This document shows positions 8,537 through 19,622 of a stretch of 64,000 nucleotides of DNA, piece after piece; position 1 is the stretch's first letter; the number at the start of each line of letters is the position of its first letter. The translations under genes were made by a program, and so were the position numbers. This DNA comes from an uncultured delta proteobacterium (GTDB lineage Bacteria > Desulfobacterota > Binatia > UBA9968), in NCBI GenBank assembly GCA_963816145.1, contig CAWFJP010000010.1, positions 35,531-99,530 of the forward strand. Direction: 5' to 3'. The notes beneath the pieces were generated by a model that made no database searches, was not told the DNA's origin, and saw nothing but the letters and a program-made list of their open reading frames with translations.

Positions 8537-11500
8537 ATGAAATTTCCAGCAGAACAAGACGCTATACGGGCCAACTGTTTTCAATCGTCGGGACCGTTCA
8601 TTGAGTTCTCGATCCAAGATGTCGAGATGTCGATTCCGGCGCGGTTCGAAAAGATCGTCAAACAGCATCCAGATACGATCTCGGTCAAGACGAGCGACCA
8701 TAGATGTCCGACATACGCGGAACTCAATCACGAGGCGAACCGGGTAGCTCACGCGATCTTGGCCCAACGCGGAAATACTGCCGAACCGATAGGAATCTTG
8801 TTTCAGAATAGCATTGAGCAAATCGCGGTTATGCTCGGAGTTCTGAAAGCAGGCAAATTTTTTGTTCTTTTGGATCCGTCATTTCCAAAAGCAAGGGTCG
8901 AAAGCGTATTGAAAGACTCGCATGCGGAGTTGGTCATCACAGACCGGCACAATTTACTCTTCGCTCATGAATTGGGATGCAAAGACGATCGGCTAATGGA
9001 ATTCGAATCCATCGATTCGAGGCTTTCGCGCCACAATCCGTGCCCGTCAGTCGCTTCTAGCGCGCTCGCGTATCTCGTCTATACTTCCGGTTCGACGGGA
9101 CAACCCAAAGGCGTGATGCAGAGTCACAGAAACGTTTTGCACAACATAATGCTGCGCACGAACGTGACCCCAGTCTACGTCGAAGACAGAATCGCGTCCT
9201 TGGCCGCTGGCACTGCGCACGCGGTTAGCAATACTTTCTTCGCACTCCTAAATGGCGCGGCGTTATTCCCTTTTGATGTCAAGAAAGAAGGAATCGCTCC
9301 TCTCGCCACATGGCTCCAGCGCGAAAGGATTACATTACTCTGGATCAGCTCACCGCTATTCCGCAGTTTCTGCGATGTCCTGACAGGAAAGGAGGACTTT
9401 TCAAATCTTCGCCTCCTCCGACTCTCAAGCGAGACAATTTACAAAGCTGATATTGATTTGTACAAACGCTACTTTCCATCTAACTGTCCACTATTTGTCG
9501 GGCTTGCTTCGAGCGAAACGGGACTACTTCGGTCCTATTTTGTCAATCACGAAACTATCATCGCAGGCACGGAAGTGCCGGTAGGCTACGCAGCCGAGGG
9601 CAAAGAAATCTCACTTTTAGACGATAATGGCAATTCGGTTGGTTACAACCAGGTCGGTGAGATCGTTGTCCGGAGTCGCTTTTTATCTCCTGGATACTGG
9701 CGACGCCCCGACCTTACCGATGCAAAGTTCCAACCTGACCCGCACGATCCTGAGAAGCGTCTATATTACACTGGCGATCTGGGGTTGATGCTTCCAGACG
9801 GATGTCTGATTCACAAAGGGCGCAAAGACTTGCGCGTCAAAATCCATGGCTATGGAGTCGAGATTTCAGAAGTGGAGCAAGCTCTACGTCGTCATGAATT
9901 CATTAAAGACGCGGTGGTTGTTGCCGGCCAGGATGAATCAGGTGAGAGCCGATTAATGGCTTACTATGTGTGCTCGCGCCCACCAGCGGTGACTCTCACA
10001 CAGCTACGAAGTTTTTTGACCAAGGATCTTCCTGATTACATGATCCCTTCGGTATTTGTGCCGCTTGATTCGATGCCACTGTTACCCACAGGAAAAGTTG
10101 ATCGGTACGCGCTTCCTGATCCTGGGAAGGAGAGGCCTGAGCTTGACACCCCCTATGTTGCGCCTCGGACAGGAATTGAACAAAAATTGCGGCGGATCTG
10201 GACGGAGGTTCTCGGTCTCGATCAAATAGGCGTTCATGACAACTTCTTTGAACTAGGCGGTCATTCGCTGGCAGCCACGCGGGTGGTGTCACAAGTGATC
10301 AAAACATTTCAGTTGGAGCTGCCGCTTCAATCTTTGTTCCAATCGCCCACGGTTGCCGAGATGGCGGCCATCATCCTTGCCGAATCGACATTGGAACAGC
10401 GCATTGAGTTCGAATCACGGCTATCGCGGAAGAGCGCACTTGCTACCATCACCGCCATTCCCCGACGAGATAGCTTCTCGCCTTGTCCGTTATCCTTCGG
10501 CCAAGAGCGCCTGTGGTTCCTTAATCAACTAGAGCCGGAGAGCCCGGTCTACAATGAGTCGAGCGCACTGCGGTTGATTGGTTTGCTCGATGTGAACGCT
10601 TTACAAGAAGCCTTCAATTGCGTAATTGCGCGCCACGAAGTTCTACGGACCACGATTGCGCTTGTTGACGGAAACCCCATGCAGCGGATCGCGGCTCACC
10701 GAACGATTGAGCTAGCGGCGATAGATTTAAGTTCGCATGTCTCCAAGGACCGCGATACCGAAGCGCGCCGGCTGGTCGATGAGGCGATCCGCAGCCCATT
10801 CGATCTATCAAACGACCTCATGCTGCGCACTTTACTACTCCGGCTCGACCACCAAGAGCACATCCTTCTTGTGGTCAAGCACCATGTTGCTTCGGACGGA
10901 TGGTCCTCGGAAATCTTCTGGCGCGAAGTTGCGACGTCGTATGCTGGGTTTAGCTCTGGACAGACCGCCAATTTACCCGAGCTGCAGATCCAATACGCAG
11001 ATTACGCGGCTTGGCAGCGGAATTGGTTGGCGGGAGAAGTTTCAGAGCGTCAGCTTTCATACTGGCGAAAGCAGCTTCAAGATATTCCAGCTGCAATCAA
11101 TCTACCCACCGACAGGTCTCGTCCGGCGGTGCAGAGTTATCGAGGAGCAAGAGAATCCATCGAGCTGTCCAAGGAACTAACCCAGAAGCTCAAAGCGCTC
11201 GGCCGTAGCCATGGCGTAACGCTGTACATGACGCTTTTGGCCGCGTTTCAAACCCTGCTCTTTCGCTACACGGGGCAGGACGACATCGCCGTGGGTTCTC
11301 CCATCGCCGGTCGAACCCGCGACGAGACCGAGGGACTGATCGGCTTTTTTGTCAACACGCTGGTATTGCGAACGGATTTGACGACCAACCCAACTTTTCG
11401 TGAATTGATGGAACGAGTGAGTGGCGTTTGTTTGAATGCATACTCCCACCAAGATTTGCCATTCGAGAAAATCGTCGAGGAGTTGCACCCGGATCGACAT

Positions 11501-14500
11501 CTTAATCAAAACCCGCTATTTCAGATCGCCTTCCAACTAAACACCAATACGAGGAAACCACTAAACCTCCCTGGTCTGCGCGTTGAGAACATCGAATTAG
11601 AACACCCCATGTCGAAATTTGATTTGAGCCTATCCATGACGGACAGGTCAGAATCGATAAGCGGGCGAATTATTTACAATGCAGATCTGTTTGACGCCGC
11701 CACGATCGAGCGCATGGTCGGTCATTTCCAAGTCTTGCTCGAAGGCATCGTCGCCAACCCGGAGCAGCCGATCAGTGGACTGCCTTTGCTCACCGAAGCC
11801 GAAACGCATCAACTCCTAGTCGAGTGGAACGACACCAAGACCGATTATTTCAACGACCAGTGCATTCACCAACTGTTTGAGACTCAGGCCGAGAAGACCC
11901 CGGACGCTATAGCCTTGGTTTGCGAAGACCAGAATTTGACCTATCGCGAACTAAATAGCCGCGCCAACCAGGTTGCCCATTACTTGCAAGTTCTTGGCGT
12001 CGGTCCCGAAGCGCCCGTCGGCATCTGCCTGGAACGTTCTATCGAGATGATCGTCGGCCTGCTCGCCATACTCAAGGCCGGCGGCGCCTATGTGCCCCTT
12101 GATCCGGCGTACCCGAAAGAGCGCTTAAAGTTCATACTGGACGATTCACAAGCGCGGATTGTTTTGACGCGCCAACCTTTCCTGGATGTTAAACAATGGC
12201 CAATGGCGGGTGCCGAGTGGTGCTCGTTGGTCAGCGATACCCGTATCGAGAGAGTTTGCTTGGACCGCGATTGGTGCGACATCGAGAAAGAGAGCGGAGA
12301 GAATCTCGAAAACGAAGCAACTGCTGACAGGCTCGCTTATGTGATTTATACCTCCGGGTCCACCGGCCGGCCTAAGGGAGTTGGTATCGAGCACCGCAAT
12401 GCAGTTTCGTTTTTGACCTGGGCGCATTCGGTTTTCACCCGCGACGAATTTTTAGGCGTGCTAGCCTCGACTTCGATTTGTTTTGACCTCTCCGTGTTCG
12501 AGATTTTTGCTCCGCTGACTTGCGGCGGAACGGTGATCCTGGCGGAAAATGCGCTGGCTTTACGGACTATTGCCAATGCATCGGCGGTGACATTGCTAAA
12601 CACCGTGCCGTCAGCCATCACCGAACTGCTGAGCTTGGGAGCCCTCCCCACATCGGTGCGAGTGATCAACCTGGCCGGGGAACCGTTACGCACAGAAGTA
12701 GTGCGGAGAATCTGCGCGTCAACACCGGCGGCGAAGATCTACGATCTTTACGGGCCGAGCGAATGCACGACGTATTCGACGTGGATGCGCCGCACCCCGG
12801 AGGGCCGGCAATCCATTGGTCGGCCGATCGCCAACACGCAAATTTACATACTTGGTGGCCATATGCAGCCGGTGCCGATCGGAGTAGTGGGCGAGATTTG
12901 CATTGGTGGTTCCGGGGTGGCGCGTGGTTATTTGAATCAGCCGAAGCTGACCCAAGAGAAGTTCATCGCCGATCCCTTCAGCATCGACCCCGGTGCCAGG
13001 CTCTACAAGACTGGCGATCTGGCCCGTTACTTGCCTGACGGCAACATCGAATTTCTCGGCCGCATCGACAATCAGGTCAAAATCCGCGGTTTCCGCATCG
13101 AGCTCGGCGAGATCGAATCCGTGTTGGGGCAACATTCCGGAGTGCGTCAGAGTGCGGTGATTGTGCGCGAGGATACCGTCGACGAGAGGCTGCTGGTGGC
13201 TTACGTTGTCGCAATTGACGATCCCGCACCTTCTATTAACGATCTACGAAGCTTCCTGAAAGCAAATCTGCCAGAATACATGATACCTTCCGCCTTCGTG
13301 TTTTTGGAATCTCTGCCGTTGACAACCAATGGCAAGGTAGATCGCAAGGCGCTTCCGGTTCCCGATCAGACTAGGCCGGAACTGGACGCGATCTTTATGT
13401 CACCGCGTACTCCCATGGAGGAGATGCTGGCAGAGATCTGGGCCGAAGTCCTAAAAGTAGAGGGGATTGGCATCCATGATAATTTCTTCGATCTCGGCGG
13501 CCATTCCCTCCTGGCAACTCAAGTGGTCTCACGAATGCGTCGAGCGGTGCAGGTGGAAATTCCCTTGCGCGCCTTGTTCGAATCGCCGACCGTGGTCGGC
13601 TTGGCTGCTCGTATTGAAGAAATCCATCAGAAGCAACATGGACTGCAGGCTCCCCCCTTGCTTGCGGTTTCGCGGGACAAAGACCTTCCTCTTTCTTTTG
13701 CCCAGCACCGGTTGTGGTTTTTGGATCAGCTGGAGCCCGGGAGTACGGTTTATAATGTTCCCATCGCTGTCCGTATTCGAGGACCGCTGGATGTCGCAGC
13801 GCTGGAGCGAAGCATCAACGAAATAATCGCACGGCACGAGATTTTGCGGACGACGTTTTCGACCGTAGAGGGAGAAGCGGTTCAGATTATCGCTCCGTCG
13901 TCGAGCCATTCACTGCCAGTGGTGGATCTAAGCGGGCAGGCAGAGAGTGCGCGTGCGGAACAAGCGCGACGGCTGGCGCGGGAGGAAGCCTGGCGGCCCT
14001 TTGACTTGGCTCGAGGACCGCTCGTGCGGGTTACTTTACTTCGGCTTGGCCAGGAAGATCACGTTTTGCTGTTGACTCTGCATCATATTGTCTCGGACGG
14101 CTGGTCGATGAAAGTGCTTTTCCGCGAATTATCGGCTCTCTACAATGCTTTTTCCCAGAATCACCCCTCGCCGTTGAGTCAACTGCCCATTCAGTATGCC
14201 GACTTTGGCGCATGGCAGCGGCAGTGGTTGCAGGGCGAGATTTTAGAGACCCAGCTTTCCTATTGGAAGAAACAGCTAAAGGATGTTGTACCGTTGCAAT
14301 TACCGACCGATCGGCCACGGCCGGCGCTACCGAGTTATCGAGGAGCACGAGAGTCCATCGAGCTCTCGAAGGAACTGACTCAGGAACTCAAAGCGCTCAG
14401 CCGTAGCCATGACGTAACGTTGTACATGACGCTTTTAGCTGCGTTTCAAACCCTGCTGTTTCGCTATACGGCGCAGGACGACATCGCGGTGGGGGCTCCC

Positions 14501-16915
14501 ATCGCCGGTCGAACCCACGATGAGACCGAGGGGCTGATCGGTTTTTTTGTCAACACCCTGGTGCTGCGGTCTGATCTTTCCGGCAATCCTCCGTTTCGAG
14601 AGTTACTAGGCCGGGTGCGAGAAGTTGCCCTGGGGGCCTACGCTCATCAGGATCTACCGTTTGAAAAACTGGTGGAGGAACTCCAACCGGAACGTAACCT
14701 CGGCCACTCGCCGCTATTTCAAGTAATGTTTGTGCTGCAGAATACGGTGGCTTCAGCTCCGGTACGAGAGTTTGCCGGTATAAAGCTTCGATTATTCGGA
14801 GTGGAGAGTGAGCCGGCGAAGTTTGACGTGATGCTAACGATGCGTGAGGGTGCGGGTGGGCTGAAAGGTTCGTTGCTCTATAACACGGACCTCTTCGACG
14901 AGGTCACCATTAAAAGGATGGTGGGCCATTTTCAGACCTTGCTGGAAGGTATCGTTGCCCATCCCGAACAACGCATAAGCGAATTATCCGTACTCACGGA
15001 TTCGGAGAGACACCAGCTGTTGGTCGAGTGGAACGACACCAAGGGCGAATATCCGAGAGACAAGTGCATACATCGACTGTTTGAAGATCAGGTCGAGCGC
15101 AGTCCAGACGCAATAGCGTTGGCGAATGCAGACCAGCAGCTAACTTACGGAGCGCTGAACAGACGGGCTAATCAATTAGCACATTACTTGCGAAAACAAG
15201 GAGTGGGCCCGGAAGTTCTGGTTGGCATCTGCATGGAGCGCTCTCTCGATCTCATCGTCGGACTGCTGGGAATTCTTAAAGCCGGTGGAGCCTACGTTCC
15301 CTTAGAGCCTGACTATCCCAAGGAACGACTGGCATTCATGCGAGAAGACGCCGAAGTTTCGCTTCTTTTGACGCAGGAAAAATTCCTGTTTGAAATGAGT
15401 CGGCAGCCAGTGGTGTGTCTGGATCGAGACAGGGAGAAAATTGCCCAACAGAGCGATCGCAATCCGGTGAGTCAAGTCCGCGCAGATAACTTGGCCTACG
15501 TGATCTATACGTCAGGATCTACGGGACGACCAAAAGGTGTTCAGATCGAGCACCAGTCGCTGGTGAATTGCTTGTGGTCTATCGGGAAACAGGTCGGACT
15601 GAACAAAAAGGATGTATTGCTCGCGGTCACGACGGTTTCCTTTGACATTGCTGCGTTGGAGCTTTATTTGCCGCTAATTGTTGGTGCAACGGTTGTCTTG
15701 GCCGGGCGCGATGATGCTCTCGATGGAAGACGAATCGTTGATCGATTAAAGAGCTCCGGTGCCACGGTGATGCAATCAACGCCGTCTTCTTGGAAACTTT
15801 TGGTGGATGCCGGATGGGAAGGCCATGACGACTTTAAGATTCTTTGTGGCGGCGAAGCTTTATCCGAGCGATTGGCTGATCAACTACTGGAGCGTGCGGC
15901 TTCGCTCTGGAATCTTTATGGTCCAACTGAAACGACGGTCTGGTCGACTACTGCAAGAGTCAAAGCGAGTAAACGACCGGTTCCAATCGGTCGGCCCATC
16001 GCGAATACGCGTCTCTTCATTCTGGATTCTCATTTGCACCCGGTTCCAATTGGAGTGCCGGGGGAGTTGTGTGTTGGCGGAGACGGCGTAGCACGGGGCT
16101 ATCGGAACCGCCCCGACTTGACCGCGGAGAGATTCATTCTAAATCCTTTTAGCGATCCGCCAGAAGCGCGGCTTTATCGCACCGGTGATCTCGCTCGATA
16201 CTTACCAGATGGTAACATTGAGTTTTATTGCCGAATCGACAATCAGGTGAAGATACGGGGCTATAGGATCGAACTCGGTGAGGTTGAATCCGTACTTGCT
16301 CAACACCCCGCCATCCAACAGGCAGTGGTTATTGCAAGAGAAGACACACCGGGGGGCCGTCGCCTAGTGGCCTACTGCGTCGCTACTGCGGACTCTAACC
16401 CTTTGCCTCACGATCTGCGCAGCTACTTAAAACACAAGCTCCCTGACTACATGATTCCGTCGACTTTCGTGCTCTTGGATTCACTGCCGCTCGCTCCCAA
16501 CGGCAAGCTCGACCGAAAAGCACTGATGGCTCCCGACGGCGGCCGACCCGAACTAGACGATGGCTTTGCCGCCCCAAGGACTCCTCTCGAGGAGACTCTC
16601 GCTAATATCTGGGCCAAGGCCCTCAGACTCGACAAGGTAGGAATCCACGACAACTTCTTCGATCTGGGCGGCCATTCCCTGTTGGCCACGCAAGTGATGT
16701 CACGAATGCAGAACGCGTTTTCCGTCGAGTTGCCGTTACGTCAAATGTTTGAATCGCCGACGGTGGCCGAATTGGCAATCATCATCACGGAGACCCAACA
16801 CAAGCGCGGAAGCGACACCCAGCAAGCGCAGATACTACGTGAGCTAGATTCGATGACGGAAGAAGACGCACAGGGGCATATGGATGAAATTGATTCGACA
16901 ATCACCAAAGAATAG
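8537..16915 (+). CDS. NRPS with architecture A(atypical)-T-C-A(Ala)-T-C-A(Gly)-T; no TE, R or E domain
   Basis: Three YTSGSTG.PKG, three GGHSL, two HHxxxDG; codes DLFNNALTYK and DILQLGLVWK read by eye; start set at MKFPAEQ by homology with 17377. Confidence 0.93.
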   Translation: MKFPAEQDAIRANCFQSSGPFIEFSIQDVEMSIPARFEKIVKQHPDTISVKTSDHRCPTYAELNHEANRVAHAILAQRGNTAEPIGILFQNSIEQIAVMLGVLKAGKFFVLLDPSFPKARVESVLKDSHAELVITDRHNLLFAHELGCKDDRLMEFESIDSRLSRHNPCPSVASSALAYLVYTSGSTGQPKGVMQSHRNVLHNIMLRTNVTPVYVEDRIASLAAGTAHAVSNTFFALLNGAALFPFDVKKEGIAPLATWLQRERITLLWISSPLFRSFCDVLTGKEDFSNLRLLRLSSETIYKADIDLYKRYFPSNCPLFVGLASSETGLLRSYFVNHETIIAGTEVPVGYAAEGKEISLLDDNGNSVGYNQVGEIVVRSRFLSPGYWRRPDLTDAKFQPDPHDPEKRLYYTGDLGLMLPDGCLIHKGRKDLRVKIHGYGVEISEVEQALRRHEFIKDAVVVAGQDESGESRLMAYYVCSRPPAVTLTQLRSFLTKDLPDYMIPSVFVPLDSMPLLPTGKVDRYALPDPGKERPELDTPYVAPRTGIEQKLRRIWTEVLGLDQIGVHDNFFELGGHSLAATRVVSQVIKTFQLELPLQSLFQSPTVAEMAAIILAESTLEQRIEFESRLSRKSALATITAIPRRDSFSPCPLSFGQERLWFLNQLEPESPVYNESSALRLIGLLDVNALQEAFNCVIARHEVLRTTIALVDGNPMQRIAAHRTIELAAIDLSSHVSKDRDTEARRLVDEAIRSPFDLSNDLMLRTLLLRLDHQEHILLVVKHHVASDGWSSEIFWREVATSYAGFSSGQTANLPELQIQYADYAAWQRNWLAGEVSERQLSYWRKQLQDIPAAINLPTDRSRPAVQSYRGARESIELSKELTQKLKALGRSHGVTLYMTLLAAFQTLLFRYTGQDDIAVGSPIAGRTRDETEGLIGFFVNTLVLRTDLTTNPTFRELMERVSGVCLNAYSHQDLPFEKIVEELHPDRHLNQNPLFQIAFQLNTNTRKPLNLPGLRVENIELEHPMSKFDLSLSMTDRSESISGRIIYNADLFDAATIERMVGHFQVLLEGIVANPEQPISGLPLLTEAETHQLLVEWNDTKTDYFNDQCIHQLFETQAEKTPDAIALVCEDQNLTYRELNSRANQVAHYLQVLGVGPEAPVGICLERSIEMIVGLLAILKAGGAYVPLDPAYPKERLKFILDDSQARIVLTRQPFLDVKQWPMAGAEWCSLVSDTRIERVCLDRDWCDIEKESGENLENEATADRLAYVIYTSGSTGRPKGVGIEHRNAVSFLTWAHSVFTRDEFLGVLASTSICFDLSVFEIFAPLTCGGTVILAENALALRTIANASAVTLLNTVPSAITELLSLGALPTSVRVINLAGEPLRTEVVRRICASTPAAKIYDLYGPSECTTYSTWMRRTPEGRQSIGRPIANTQIYILGGHMQPVPIGVVGEICIGGSGVARGYLNQPKLTQEKFIADPFSIDPGARLYKTGDLARYLPDGNIEFLGRIDNQVKIRGFRIELGEIESVLGQHSGVRQSAVIVREDTVDERLLVAYVVAIDDPAPSINDLRSFLKANLPEYMIPSAFVFLESLPLTTNGKVDRKALPVPDQTRPELDAIFMSPRTPMEEMLAEIWAEVLKVEGIGIHDNFFDLGGHSLLATQVVSRMRRAVQVEIPLRALFESPTVVGLAARIEEIHQKQHGLQAPPLLAVSRDKDLPLSFAQHRLWFLDQLEPGSTVYNVPIAVRIRGPLDVAALERSINEIIARHEILRTTFSTVEGEAVQIIAPSSSHSLPVVDLSGQAESARAEQARRLAREEAWRPFDLARGPLVRVTLLRLGQEDHVLLLTLHHIVSDGWSMKVLFRELSALYNAFSQNHPSPLSQLPIQYADFGAWQRQWLQGEILETQLSYWKKQLKDVVPLQLPTDRPRPALPSYRGARESIELSKELTQELKALSRSHDVTLYMTLLAAFQTLLFRYTAQDDIAVGAPIAGRTHDETEGLIGFFVNTLVLRSDLSGNPPFRELLGRVREVALGAYAHQDLPFEKLVEELQPERNLGHSPLFQVMFVLQNTVASAPVREFAGIKLRLFGVESEPAKFDVMLTMREGAGGLKGSLLYNTDLFDEVTIKRMVGHFQTLLEGIVAHPEQRISELSVLTDSERHQLLVEWNDTKGEYPRDKCIHRLFEDQVERSPDAIALANADQQLTYGALNRRANQLAHYLRKQGVGPEVLVGICMERSLDLIVGLLGILKAGGAYVPLEPDYPKERLAFMREDAEVSLLLTQEKFLFEMSRQPVVCLDRDREKIAQQSDRNPVSQVRADNLAYVIYTSGSTGRPKGVQIEHQSLVNCLWSIGKQVGLNKKDVLLAVTTVSFDIAALELYLPLIVGATVVLAGRDDALDGRRIVDRLKSSGATVMQSTPSSWKLLVDAGWEGHDDFKILCGGEALSERLADQLLERAASLWNLYGPTETTVWSTTARVKASKRPVPIGRPIANTRLFILDSHLHPVPIGVPGELCVGGDGVARGYRNRPDLTAERFILNPFSDPPEARLYRTGDLARYLPDGNIEFYCRIDNQVKIRGYRIELGEVESVLAQHPAIQQAVVIAREDTPGGRRLVAYCVATADSNPLPHDLRSYLKHKLPDYMIPSTFVLLDSLPLAPNGKLDRKALMAPDGGRPELDDGFAAPRTPLEETLANIWAKALRLDKVGIHDNFFDLGGHSLLATQVMSRMQNAFSVELPLRQMFESPTVAELAIIITETQHKRGSDTQQAQILRELDSMTEEDAQGHMDEIDSTITKE
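11134..11370 (+). repeat. Intragenic direct repeat in C domain 1 (partner 14332-14568)
   Basis: 237 bp; 73/79 identical amino acids (SYRGARESIEL...FFVNTLVLR). Confidence 0.85.
14332..14568 (+). repeat. Intragenic direct repeat in C domain 2 (partner 11134-11370)
   Basis: Same 237-bp block as the partner. Confidence 0.85.
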
Positions 16916-17191
16916 TTTGTCCTTCTTAGCATATTGTCCTTACAGGATCCTCCGAGAGACTCGACCGAAACCAGCGCCACAGCTTAAGAGGGTGAGATTG
17001 AACTAATTGATCTCCTACAATCGAAGTATTCATCGATTGAAACTTGCGAGATATGATTGGAGCGCCTCACAGTTCGATCCTGTGGCGAGGTTGAACTTTC
17101 GCACATCACAACTCGAGAAGGAAATCTTCGATCTAGAGCTGTCTAACCACTAGTTGCGTGTTTTCTTTATTTACCGAAATTTGAGTTCTGC

Positions 17192-17316
17192 CAAATCATC
17201 GGCGCCGATTGTCAAGTCTCATTTCTTACCGCAAGTATCTTTAAATTCCGTTAATGCAACAGAACAATAACTTCATGACTGTGAGCCTTGTCCTCAATTT
17301 GCCATAAGCGTATAAG
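17192..17316 (+). promoter_or_regulatory. Second copy of the palindromic box and sigma70-like promoter
   Basis: Identical 26-mer at 17192-17217; TTGTCC-N17-TATAAG at 17288-17316. Confidence 0.6.
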
Positions 17317-17376
17317 CACGACTATGATGCGGATTGACGATTTAAATTTCCGTGAGTGACCCCTAGGAGAAGCGGT

Positions 17377-19339
17377 ATGAATCTTCCGCCGGAACAAGAA
17401 GCTATACGAGCGAGATGTTTTCATCCATCGGGGACGTTCGTCGAGTTTCCCAAAGAAGATGTCGAGACTTCGATCCCTGAGCGGTTTGAAAAAGTCGTGC
17501 GACTGTACCATGACCGGATTGCTGTAAAAATACAGAACAGGATTCTAACGTATGATGAGTTGAACAAATCGGCGAACCGGGTGGCGCGCGTGATCCTCGA
17601 CAGGCTTGGTAGAGAGAACCGGCCCGTCGTTATCGTCTCTGAGCAGAACCTAACAGCAATCGTATTGTTGTTTGCAATCTGGAAAGCGGGAAAAATCGTG
17701 ATTGCGATAGAACCCTCCTTTCCCGCAGAGCAGATCGTCTCCACTATCAACGAGTCTCAAGCGGAGGCGATCTTAACAACCAATGACAATCTCGGACTTG
17801 CCCCGACTGTGGCCCATAGTGCGATGATCCCAATTATAAATTTCGACACGTTGACAATCGACGGTTCGGACGAAGATTTAGAATTACGGATCCCTGACGA
17901 GGCGCCGGCTGAAATTCGCTATAGTTCGGGTTCCACCGGAAAGCCTAAAGGAATCGTTCGCAGTCATCGCAGGCTTCTTAGTAGTGCAAGGTCTACGATC
18001 AACTTGGCTCACACATGCCCCGAGGATCGTCTGATCGCCCTGACGAGGCTCAGATTTGGCACTCGAGATCTACTTCGATGTTTGCTCAGTGGCGCAACTC
18101 TTTATCCATTCGATATCGAGAAAGACAGTATGGGCAATCTCGTCCGCCTGCTCAACGTAGAAAGAATAACCTATTATGAATCAGTGCCAACAATTTTTCG
18201 ATATCTGATCGGACAGTTGGACGGAAAGACAGCATTCCCATTTATGCGTCTCATTCAGCTTGGAGGGGACCTTTTATATAGGAGCGACATAACGTCGTAT
18301 AAGAAATATTTTCCGGACCACTGTATTTTAATGAACCGACTAAGTGCGGGCGAAACGGGAAATCTATGCGTATTTTTTATCGATAAGAATACAGAGATCG
18401 ACACTTCGATTGTTCCCGTCGGCTATCCGATTGAAGGTAAGCAATTATTCTTGCTGGATGAACTACGAAATAAAGTCGGAGTGAACCAAATCGGCGAGAT
18501 CGCTGTGGCCAGCCGTTATTTGTCCTCCGGGTATTGGAATAATTCCGACCTTACCAACGAAAAATTCTTTCTTAGCAATGCGGGCAGCGATGAGCGGTTA
18601 TATGTTTCGGGCGATCTTGGGCGGATGTTACCCGATAGTTGCTTGGTCTACGTCGGGCGGAAAGATGACCAGGTCAAGATCAGAGGCGCCAAACTAGAGA
18701 TCGGTGAAATTGAGGCGGTACTATCGGAACATCCGCAGATAAAGCAATCAGCGGTGGCAGCGTTCGAACGATCAAGCGGAGACAAATACTTGACCGCCTA
18801 TATAGTCCGTCGTTCTCATCGGGCACTGACGGTGACTGACATCAATGACTATCTAAGAAAGAAACTGCCCCGACTACATGATCCCATCGGCTTTCGTGTT
18901 TTTGGAATCGCTGCCTTTGACCAATGGGAAAGTGGACCGAAAGGCGTTGCCTAAACCGGATGATAAACGACCGGACCTTGGTACGCCGTTTGCTTTGCCG
19001 AGAAACGAGATTGAAACGAGTCTGATACGGATTTGGGAGGAAGTCCTTGATGTTCGTCCGATAGGGATCCACGACAAGTTTTTCGACCTAGGAGGCCATT
19101 CGCTGTCCGCGACCCGAGTTGTGTCCCGGGTTATCGAGCAGTTTCAGTTAGAAATACCGCTACAATCGCTGTTTCAGTCTCCGACTATTGCCGAAATGGC
19201 CGCGGTGATCGCCGAACATCAAGGAAAGATGTTAGACCAGAGCCAGTTGTCGGCTATCTTAGACGAATTAGGGTCGATGTCGGACGCTGAGGCTCAGCGG
19301 CTTGTGAGGGAAAGTAATTCGACCATGACCAAAAAGTAG
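17377..19339 (+). pseudogene. Stand-alone atypical A-T didomain NRPS-like protein with a +1 frameshift at C4 18868-18871 (real or sequencing error)
   Basis: AGGAG SD; MNLPPEQEAIRARCF; YSSGSTGKPKG; KKLP|DYMIPSAF restored by removing one C; GGHSL T domain in 18878-19339. Confidence 0.85.
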
Positions 19340-19622
19340 TTTGCCCCTCTTACCATTTGTCCTGGCATGATCCCTGCGCGCGGCGACAACAAGCTGCGCC
19401 GCGGATAAAGGCGGACCGGCATCGGTTCTCAGGCGATGTTCTCCATCCGTAGGCTGAGATTATTCTCCGTCAATTGAATCCTCGGGTCGTGGTACTGTCC
19501 GAGTTTTGTCCGAGAAATGAGGTGGTCTTGGTGTCACGACAGGCCTTCAACCGATCAAGCTTAGATTCAATTTACCGTTCATATCTGTCGATGGTAGCCA
19601 ATAAGAGGGGACGGTGTAGGAC

